A stretch of DNA of 64,000 bases from Microcoleus sp. (GTDB lineage: Bacteria > Cyanobacteriota > Cyanobacteriia > Cyanobacteriales > Microcoleaceae): the NCBI GenBank assembly GCA_052279835.1, contig CP181291.1, forward strand, positions 1,344,001 to 1,408,000. The letters are read 5' to 3'. The notes under the pieces were generated by a model. That model was given only the letters and a program-made list of their open reading frames with translations, was not told the origin of the DNA and searched no databases. The translations under genes were made by a program, and so were the position numbers. Position 1 is the stretch's first letter. Each line of letters begins with the position of its first letter. Shown piece by piece: positions 47,729-56,690 of this stretch.

Positions 47729-50200
47729 GTGGACAACCTCTACTGGCTAGACAAAATTAAACTATCTGACAGGGATGCCGTGGGAGAAAAAGCATTTTAC
47801 TTAAGCTGTTTAATGCAAAAAAATTATCCCGTCATACCCGGTTTTGTTGTGCCGGCAAAAGCGTTTTGGCAGTTTCTAGAGTCCATAGACTGGTTGGAAC
47901 CGCTGTTTGCAGACTGGCCAAACTCTTCACTGCACTTGAATGTCGATGAACCAAAACAACTCCAAGCCATCGCCCGCAGCATTCGCCGACAAATCACCTC
48001 CACCAAACTACCAGATTCCTTACTCTCCACCCTGGATGCGGCGGTTTCTCAACTAAACTGCAAAGCATTAATTTTTCGCCCTTCCCTGACTGCGCCAAAT
48101 CCGAACACCGCCGGAATGCTAGAATCTCAAGCAGTGCGCGCCGAACCAGCAGCCATCGAGGCCGGACTCAAACGAGCTTGGGCTGAACTGTTCAGAGCCC
48201 AAAGACTATTTTACTGGCAACGGTGTGGCATGAATGTACAGGAAATTAATCCCGCAGTTTTGGTGCAGCCACTCTCTTGTGCGATCGCCGCCGGTGCGGT
48301 GGAAACTAACAGCAGTGAAGGCTGGGAAATCCAAGCCACCTGCGGTTTAGGAATGTCCCTCGCTAGGGGAGAAACCATCCCCGATTACTATCAAGTGCAA
48401 CCGGAAACAGGCAAAATTACCATCCAGCGATTGGGTTACAAAACATTAGCTTATCATCTCAAAAGCGACGAAATCCAATCGGAGGAAAAATCATATATCG
48501 GAAAGGGGAACACTTTCCAAATTCCTAATTCTCAGTTTCCCCGACCAAATTCTGCTGGAAGTTGTTTGGATATTTATATATTAGGTGAAAAGTTACAAAA
48601 TGAATATGTATTAAATCAGCATTTGTTACTAAAGTTACTCGATATGAGCAAAAAAGCAAGGAGTGAATTCGATTTCGAGCTAATTTTAGAGTGGACGATG
48701 AATCAGTCGGCAGAATGTAACGAACCGGAGTTTTATTTTACTCAAGTTCGCCCATTGAAAAACAAAACAGCCCCGCAAATATTGGAAAATCCGACCGCAC
48801 AAACTAACCAAAATTTAATTGGCCTAGGCAGAAACCCTAGGCTACTAAAAGGTTTGGCTGCTGCATCAGGAAAAGTTAAAGCAATTGCCCAAGTTATGGC
48901 TAATTCCCATCCAGAAAATTCGGAATTTGTAGCCGGGGGAATTTTGGTGGCACGGGCAATTTATCCCCATTGGCTACCTTGGCTCAAATTAGCTGCTGGG
49001 ATTGTTTGCGAACAAGGAGGTATGACCGGTCATGGGGCGATTTTAGCTAGGGAGTTGGGCATCCCCGCTGTGGTGGGAGTTGTCGGTGCCACTCGCGCGA
49101 TCGAGACTGGGGATTCGGTGTGGCTAGATGGTGACACCGGAGAAGTTTTTGCATCCGCTCAAATTGAGGGAATCGACCCTACAAACATCAGCAATTATGG
49201 AGAAATAGCCAATCATGCAGATTTGTCCATTACAGCAGCCAAAATGTCGATCGCCCATCACCAATTCCCGACAGCATCTCCATCCCATCTAGAACCAAAA
49301 TCTCAGCCATCAGAATTACCTCAAAATGTTGTCAGCCCAGCAACAGCGACTCAACTGATGGTGAATGTCAGCCAAATGAGCTCCATCGAGCATCTCAGAA
49401 ATCTGCCCATAGACGGCATTGGATTAGTGCGATCGGAATTAATGGCCATGGAAGCTTTGGAAGGTCTAAATCCTCAAGTTTGGTTGCAAAATGGTCGAGA
49501 ATCTGAATTTGTGCATCGCATGGCGAATCAGTTAAATTTATTTGCTGCCGCAGTCTTTCCCCGTCCCATATTTTATCGCTCCCTGGATTTACGGGAATCG
49601 GGAATCCACGGTAGTTTCAGTTATACCTTTGAACCAGAGTTATTTGATTGGGAATTAAAGGTACTAAAAACATCCTGGGATTCTGGCTATACAAATATTA
49701 ATTTACTTTTGCCATTTCTGCGCTCTGTAGACGAGTTTAGCTTCTGCAAGCAGCGTTTAGAAACAGTTTGGGAACAGCGACCTGTTGAGTTTAAACTGTG
49801 GATTATGGCCGAGGTTCCTTCGGTTTTATTTTTATTGTCAGATTACGTGAAAGCAGGAGTTCAAGGGATTTCCATCGGCACCAATGATTTAAGCCAATTT
49901 ATGTTAGGAGTTAACCGCAACTCGGCAGATATGGCTAGCGCTTTCAGTGGGCGCAATCAACCAATGATGAGGGCGATCGAACAATTAATCCTTCAGGCTA
50001 AGGAGGCGGGAATTCCTTGCTCGATCTGTGGGGATGCTCCAGCTTTATATCCACAGATGATTGACTCCCTCGTGCTGTGGGGGATTTCCTCGATTTCTGT
50101 GAATGTGGACGCTGTGGAACAGACTTCTAAGGCGATCGCCCGTACCGAACAGCGTATCATCCTAGAGGCGGCGCGAGCGATCGTTAAAAATAATCATTAG
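47729..50200 (+). CDS. PEP synthase / pyruvate,water dikinase-like protein (divergent)
   Basis: PEP/pyruvate-binding-like N-domain, mobile His domain GGMTGHGAILARELGIP, C-domain MAEVPS, SIGTNDL and SICG. Confidence 0.8.
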   Translation: MDNLYWLDKIKLSDRDAVGEKAFYLSCLMQKNYPVIPGFVVPAKAFWQFLESIDWLEPLFADWPNSSLHLNVDEPKQLQAIARSIRRQITSTKLPDSLLSTLDAAVSQLNCKALIFRPSLTAPNPNTAGMLESQAVRAEPAAIEAGLKRAWAELFRAQRLFYWQRCGMNVQEINPAVLVQPLSCAIAAGAVETNSSEGWEIQATCGLGMSLARGETIPDYYQVQPETGKITIQRLGYKTLAYHLKSDEIQSEEKSYIGKGNTFQIPNSQFPRPNSAGSCLDIYILGEKLQNEYVLNQHLLLKLLDMSKKARSEFDFELILEWTMNQSAECNEPEFYFTQVRPLKNKTAPQILENPTAQTNQNLIGLGRNPRLLKGLAAASGKVKAIAQVMANSHPENSEFVAGGILVARAIYPHWLPWLKLAAGIVCEQGGMTGHGAILARELGIPAVVGVVGATRAIETGDSVWLDGDTGEVFASAQIEGIDPTNISNYGEIANHADLSITAAKMSIAHHQFPTASPSHLEPKSQPSELPQNVVSPATATQLMVNVSQMSSIEHLRNLPIDGIGLVRSELMAMEALEGLNPQVWLQNGRESEFVHRMANQLNLFAAAVFPRPIFYRSLDLRESGIHGSFSYTFEPELFDWELKVLKTSWDSGYTNINLLLPFLRSVDEFSFCKQRLETVWEQRPVEFKLWIMAEVPSVLFLLSDYVKAGVQGISIGTNDLSQFMLGVNRNSADMASAFSGRNQPMMRAIEQLILQAKEAGIPCSICGDAPALYPQMIDSLVLWGISSISVNVDAVEQTSKAIARTEQRIILEAARAIVKNNH

Positions 50201-50336
50201 ATATCTCGCAAAAACCTGGTTAATCACAGTCAGAATGCCTGTTCCACAATCAATATGGTAGATGTCTATTAAAAAGCATTAAAAAAAATTGCTTTCAAAG
50301 TTAGGATAGTAGTATTGAAAAACATTTTACTCCAAG

Positions 50337-50795
50337 GTGGCCAAAATGAAATCAAGAATGATTACAACCACAGCAATCCTACTGGCTGCGATCGGTATTT
50401 TGACACCGCATCCAGTCTCAGCTCAACCAGCCACCGACGGTGGCATACAACCGGGATTTTGGCAACCAGAAGCAAAGATAGATAATACTCGCAACATCAC
50501 CCTCAGACTATTAAACGAGACTGGATTGAACCTAGAATACGGTCAGTCTGGTGTTGGTTTGTCATCCTTGCCGATCGGCAGTACAAAAAACGTCGTGGTT
50601 CGTATCGGCAACCGCACCGGCGATCTTGCCAATATTCCCATTAATGTCAAAGGTGGAACCACCACTTTGAAATACGACTATAGCGTCGATGCTCAGAAAA
50701 ACATCGTGACAGTTCGGATCTCCACATCGGACGGGCGGACTAGGCAAGACCGGTCAATCTATATTGATGAAAAAGGACGAGTTTATTCGTTCTAG
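50337..50795 (+). CDS. Secreted hypothetical protein
   Basis: Signal peptide ending PVSA/Q; beta-rich mature region ending IYIDEKGRVYSF. Confidence 0.7.
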   Translation: MAKMKSRMITTTAILLAAIGILTPHPVSAQPATDGGIQPGFWQPEAKIDNTRNITLRLLNETGLNLEYGQSGVGLSSLPIGSTKNVVVRIGNRTGDLANIPINVKGGTTTLKYDYSVDAQKNIVTVRISTSDGRTRQDRSIYIDEKGRVYSF

Positions 50796-50802
50796 TTTAT
50801 AG

Positions 50803-51005
50803 GTGGGGGCGGGTTTATTAAGATTGTTATTTTTGGGCGATTATGGTTGGTGAACCCTTCGACTACGCTCAGGGCATCGCCCGCCCCTACAGCATTGGTA
50901 AAATGTTAGATAAAATTTAGGGTAAAACCTTGAATAAAATCCGTAGGGGTGGGTTCACCGATGAATTTTGCCACTCACAGAGCATCTTCATAAACCCGCC
51001 CCCAC
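50803..51005. repeat. Inverted pair of GTAG-type REP/REPIN-like elements
   Basis: 50803-50890 (GTGGGGGCGGGTTTAT...GCCCCTAC) and 50943-51005 (GTAGGGGTGGGTTCACC...AAACCCGCCCCCAC); related copies at 28053 and 46863. Confidence 0.7.
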
Positions 51006-51066
51006 CCAACTAATAAACCAGTTGTAGGTTAGTTTTCGTTCCACGGGCCCAACCTACAGATTAGCT

Positions 51067-51366
51067 CTAATGGTGGAGCAAGTGCATTAAGCCTTCTACA
51101 GTAGGACCGATCGCACCTGCTGAAACTTCACAAGCGACTGTTTCGGCTGCGCAGTGACTAGCATGAAGGGTGTTTTCAATAGCCTGACTGGCTCCCTCCA
51201 CCGCATCACCCCCGAATTGACCGTAAGCAGTCTCTTTGACCATTCCAGCTTGAATTTTTCTGTTGGTTTCTATGGCATTCATGTCCCAACTTTTGATTGT
51301 TTGGACAATCTCTAACCCAGCCCAAATTAACATTCCGAGCAAAACCGCACCAATCAAATATTCCAT
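51067..51366 (-). CDS. Small hypothetical membrane-anchored protein
   Basis: ATG start, N-terminal TM helix, His/Cys-containing tail; 72 nt downstream of cobS on the same strand. Confidence 0.55.
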   Translation of the reverse strand: MEYLIGAVLLGMLIWAGLEIVQTIKSWDMNAIETNRKIQAGMVKETAYGQFGGDAVEGASQAIENTLHASHCAAETVACEVSAGAIGPTVEGLMHLLHH

Positions 51367-51438
51367 AGTTTTCTAGAGGATTGAGGTTGGCTATATCTAA
51401 TTTAACGCAGGGACTGAAAGCCAACAGGAGAGAAAATA

Positions 51439-52236
51439 TTATCCTTGCAAAGCAGCCAACAGACATAATAATAATGCCTCCGTCCACTCCACTACAGCAC
51501 CATAGGTATCACCAGTGTGACCGCCTAAACGGTGGTTAAACCAGGCTCCGGTCAAAATTCCGATCGCACTTCCCCCCAAAGCCATCCCCGCCGCCAACAG
51601 CCACCGATCGCCCTGCAAGACAACTTGCAACACACTCAAACTCAGCAGCAGGAAAACTCCAGGGATAAAATCAAAAGGAGAATAAATCGATTCCTTGTGA
51701 AAAGCTCCCTTACCCTCGGCCCGGAGATAGGGATAGCGGGCGATCGCCACCAACTGGCCCCACCGCCCCCAACCAGCCACACCCATCAAAGCCAGCCACC
51801 GATATTCATTCAAATCCGTCAGAGCAGCCGTTTTCAACAACAAGATTGCCACCGCAGCCATCGCCCCAAAGGCTCCTGTAACGCTGTCCCGCATCACCTC
51901 CAGCCGTCGCAGGGGGTCTGGTACAGCCAGGCCGTCCGCCGTGTCCATAGCCCCGTCTAGGTGCAACCCCCCAGTCAGAGCAATACCTAAAACTACTACC
52001 AAGGCCGATCGAGTCAAAGCAGGCATCCCCAACAACTGCAATCCCAGATCCGCCAGTCCCAGCATCCCCCCAACCAACAGCCCGATTGCTGGTGCAAAGC
52101 GAGCAATACCCCGAAACTCCAAAGTCCAAGAAATCGGGACTGGCAAACAAGTATAAAAAGCGACCGCAGCAGCTATTGCAGCCCCCAGATTCCGGAAAAA
52201 GTCGATCGTTGAGCGAACCAACTGATTGTGCACCAT
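51439..52236 (-). CDS. cobS: Adenosylcobinamide-GDP ribazoletransferase (cobalamin synthase)
   Basis: [25 protein letters not shown] and [13 protein letters not shown] motifs; start uncertain. Confidence 0.93.
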   Translation of the reverse strand: MVHNQLVRSTIDFFRNLGAAIAAAVAFYTCLPVPISWTLEFRGIARFAPAIGLLVGGMLGLADLGLQLLGMPALTRSALVVVLGIALTGGLHLDGAMDTADGLAVPDPLRRLEVMRDSVTGAFGAMAAVAILLLKTAALTDLNEYRWLALMGVAGWGRWGQLVAIARYPYLRAEGKGAFHKESIYSPFDFIPGVFLLLSLSVLQVVLQGDRWLLAAGMALGGSAIGILTGAWFNHRLGGHTGDTYGAVVEWTEALLLCLLAALQG

Positions 52237-52498
52237 AAAATAGAAATTTTTTCGCATTGTATGGAGTTGTGAATCCATTAGCGTATGCCAGAATTGGATC
52301 GGTAACACCCTTAGTTCCTTCGATCAGGCATTCATCCTGGCGACAGCTCTTTTCTTTAGAAAACTGCTACCGACAGCGCACCCGAAGAACTGCATCTACT
52401 GAAACTTAACTCAAGACAAGCGTTTCCTTTGTAGGAAAATCTAGTTAATTCTGTGATTTCCAACCAGGGGAACATACTACAACAGAGGCTTTTGCTCC

Positions 52499-52948
52499 AT
52501 GAGTAATGACCAATTAAACAACAGGGTGGCTGCTCCTTGCATCATCGATACAGGCATTGTCGTCAACAAGCGCGATATCCAAAGATTGCTCTTCGATTTA
52601 GGACGTGTCCGCTACCTACATATGCAGGACGGCAAGATTTACAGTCAAGGCGAAGGGTATGTCCGGGAAGTGTTCGTTAACCCCAATCGCTCTACTCTGA
52701 TCGCCAACCGGGCTATTTATTTGAATGTTGATAGTTTTGATTATCTGGAACTGAAAAACTCCCAGGAAGAAGGTGCTTATTTTGACCTGATTCAAGAGGG
52801 ACGACTGTTACGGTTAATTCCTCTCTCCAATCCTTTGCAAGAGCAACTCAGCCGGAATTTAAATGCTGCTGCTTTAGATGCAGTCGTGGATCAGGTACTC
52901 TCAGGGAGCTGGGATTATCAATTAGATGAAGACGATTCGCCGTTTTAA
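52499..52948 (+). CDS. Conserved cyanobacterial hypothetical protein upstream of tgt
   Basis: APCIIDTG, LGRVRY and LNVDSFDY motifs; AGAGG RBS. Confidence 0.75.
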   Translation: MSNDQLNNRVAAPCIIDTGIVVNKRDIQRLLFDLGRVRYLHMQDGKIYSQGEGYVREVFVNPNRSTLIANRAIYLNVDSFDYLELKNSQEEGAYFDLIQEGRLLRLIPLSNPLQEQLSRNLNAAALDAVVDQVLSGSWDYQLDEDDSPF

Positions 52949-53007
52949 AGGATCGTTGGCTAAGGCTAAGGTCAAAATTAGTTCGACTAAAGCTCAAGAA
53001 CGTTTAA

Positions 53008-54174
<1,167 letters not shown>

Positions 54175-54234
54175 TTGCCTTTGCTTAAGATATGCGACAA
54201 TTATGAAAAATCTGTTGGATAGGTAGGTTGATTC

Positions 54235-54372
54235 ATGGAAGCTGCATTACTTTTAGCGAAGCTGCCCGAAGCTTATGCGATCTTTGACCCTTTGATTAAT
54301 GTTTTGCCGGTGATTCCTGTGTTTTTCTTGTTGCTGGCTTTTGTTTGGCAAGCGGCTGTCGGATTCAGATAA
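54235..54372 (+). CDS. psbK: Photosystem II reaction centre protein K (not in the ORF track)
   Basis: Manual translation [45 protein letters not shown]; follows tgt. Confidence 0.97.
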   Translation: MEAALLLAKLPEAYAIFDPLINVLPVIPVFFLLLAFVWQAAVGFR

Positions 54373-54384
54373 TTCTGGTTTTAT

Positions 54385-54422
54385 TAAAAGCAGGGGCAAT
54401 TCCCCAATTGTCCCTGCTTTTA
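54385..54422 (+). terminator. Terminator hairpin after psbK (probably bidirectional)
   Basis: TAAAAGCAGGGGCAATT-CCCC-AATTGTCCCTGCTTTTA. Confidence 0.8.
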
Positions 54423-54514
54423 GCTGTTGAGTTTTTCGGTTGTTTTGGAATTATTTAACCGCACAGAGCGCAGAGAGAGCGCAGAGCAAGAGCCTAGAGG
54501 GATGAATGCTATGT

Positions 54515-55066
54515 TTAGCTGCCGATCGCCTTTTGGAATGCCGGTCTTTCTGCAATTCGCTTCATATAGTCTAAAAGCGCCGGATAAGCGCTGAGGTCTA
54601 GTTTTAGCATCATGGGAATGTAGTTTAAAATCGATCCCACTGCGGCGTCGGCTACACCGAATTCATCGCCCATCAAAAACTGCTGTTTCTCGAAGATGTG
54701 ATTGAGGGGTGTTAACAATTTGGGAGTTTCGCGATCGCGACTTGCTTCCACAAATATTCCCGGTCCTAGGGTAGCGTTAGCAAAGAGTACCCACTGCACG
54801 ACTTGAGCTTGTTGCTCCAAAGTCTCCGGCATTTTACCATATTTTTGAGCTAAATAGAGCAGAATTGCCCCTGATTCCCAAAGTTTAAAATCTCCATCGG
54901 CGATCGCCGGTACTTTGCCCATCGGGTTAATTTCGAGAAAATCTGGCTCCAAGTGTGCTCCTGCTTGCATATCCAGCATCACGAATTCATAGGGCACGCC
55001 TATTTCTTCCAGATACCACTTGATAATTGAGGCCCTGCTGCGAGCTCCACCGTAAAGTTTCAGCAC
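54515..55066 (-). CDS. Glutathione S-transferase family protein
   Basis: SRASII.WYLEE, INPMGKVP and LWESGAIL motifs. Confidence 0.92.
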   Translation of the reverse strand: MLKLYGGARSRASIIKWYLEEIGVPYEFVMLDMQAGAHLEPDFLEINPMGKVPAIADGDFKLWESGAILLYLAQKYGKMPETLEQQAQVVQWVLFANATLGPGIFVEASRDRETPKLLTPLNHIFEKQQFLMGDEFGVADAAVGSILNYIPMMLKLDLSAYPALLDYMKRIAERPAFQKAIGS

Positions 55067-55123
55067 CGTTTTTTTCCTTTAACGAAATCTGATTTATTTT
55101 AGCATTTAACAAATTACCAATAA

Positions 55124-55702
55124 CTAATAACCAATAACAGGCAATTCCGTCAAGTGTACAAATAAGATTCTGCTACCAATAAAAATCAAAATCGCTCCGC
55201 CCAACATCTCTATTTTATTTGCAAACAAATTTCCACACTTGTGTCCAATAAACACACCAGCAAACGCCAAAAAGAAAGTAATGAATCCTATGGCAGTCAC
55301 CGCAGGAGCAATAGAATCTTTCAGAACAGCAAAGCCAATCCCCACGGCTAAAGCATCTATACTTGTCGCCACCGATAGTCCGATTAAAGTACCCGTATCC
55401 AGGGGATTAAATTTCTTTTCTTCTCCGTCATTTTGTAGAGATTCATAAATCATTCTACCGCCAATGAAACTCAACAAGCCGAAAGCTATCCAATGGTCTA
55501 TTGCCGAAATTAAAAAGCTGAAACTCAGACCAATAAACCATCCGATTACTGGCATCAAAGCTTGAAAACCACCGAAAAATAAAGCAATTTTTAAAGCTTT
55601 ATTGACTTTCATGTGTTTAATTGCTAAACCGCTGGAAACTGACACAGCAAAAGCATCTGCTGCTAGTCCCAAGGAAAGTAAGACGGTAGTGGCTACATCC
55701 AT
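55124..55702 (-). CDS. mntP: Manganese efflux pump MntP
   Basis: LAADAFAVS, FQALMP, DHWIAF and ATSIDALAVG motifs; ATG 55702 preferred. Confidence 0.9.
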   Translation of the reverse strand: MDVATTVLLSLGLAADAFAVSVSSGLAIKHMKVNKALKIALFFGGFQALMPVIGWFIGLSFSFLISAIDHWIAFGLLSFIGGRMIYESLQNDGEEKKFNPLDTGTLIGLSVATSIDALAVGIGFAVLKDSIAPAVTAIGFITFFLAFAGVFIGHKCGNLFANKIEMLGGAILIFIGSRILFVHLTELPVIGY

Positions 55703-55960
55703 TTCTGTAATTTTTTTATCTGATGGGTAAACTATTAGACTTCTCCATAACAGCAAGTCTTCAACACGCAGGCGATGCGTGGTCCACAATAATTATGGGA
55801 GAGGTCTCTTGCTCTTAGTCTTTAAGTTTACACTAAGTTATCGTTAAGTTAGATATTTATCATAATCACTTCATTTTTAAATCATATTTTTTTCATAATT
55901 GGCTGGCTTGAAAAATGTCGTACTAAGCTGTATTATAGGAAGACTTATCAACTAGCAGAA

Positions 55961-56658
55961 TTGATGATGCCGGAATCTAAACCATACCAGCCACTGCTAC
56001 TGAGATTACTGCACGGGGTTAATGCTGCGATCGCCTTGGGAGCAATCATCACCGCCTTCTGGGTGTACAACACCTATGACGGGCGGTTCGGCAAAGTACC
56101 ACTACCTCAAATTCCAGATATTATCGGCATTCATGGGACTTTTGGTAAGCTGTTAATTTTAGGGATCGTGCCCGGTTTTGCTTTATACAGTTTCCACAGA
56201 GGTCAAAAACGCTTGATACAGCCGGATTCTTTGGGGAAATTGACACAATTCGGAAAACCAATTTGGTGGTACACTTTGCATCGGATTGTGAATACGCTGA
56301 TGTTGGTGGCCCTGAGTTTTTCGATCGCCTCTGGGAGTATGGTTAAGGAAGAATGGCTACCGGCAGGAGAATTGACACAGGTTTGGTATTATTTGCACGC
56401 TTCTGGATGGATCGTATTAGTATTGTGTCTGGCAATGCACTTGTTGATGAGTGCCAAGGTGGGGGGATTATCATTAATTTTGTCGATGTTTGATTTTAAA
56501 AACCAGAAGGATAGCTAAACCCCGATCGCATTTTACTTTTAATTAGAGCAACCAATCTTATGCCCATTATGCCCAAAAATACGATCCTAATCTTGGTGGA
56601 AATTGTGGTGATGGGAGGTTGGCTGTTTGCATTGGTTGCACCGTTGTTATTTCCCTAA
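55961..56658 (+). pseudogene. Cytochrome b/b6-domain membrane protein, probably frameshifted near the C-terminus
   Basis: YQPLLLRLLHG and heme His motifs; the ORF stops at 56518, but another frame open from 56515 to 56658 encodes a further TM helix (..LVEIVVMGGWLFALVAPLLFP). Confidence 0.55.
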
Positions 56659-56690
56659 ACCGAAATTTAACGGCTAACACCAAATCAGGC

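Noticed and set aside
55703..55835. Canonical yybP-ykoY riboswitch call
   Set aside because: The conserved signature sequences were not found in the expected order; kept only as a candidate structure.
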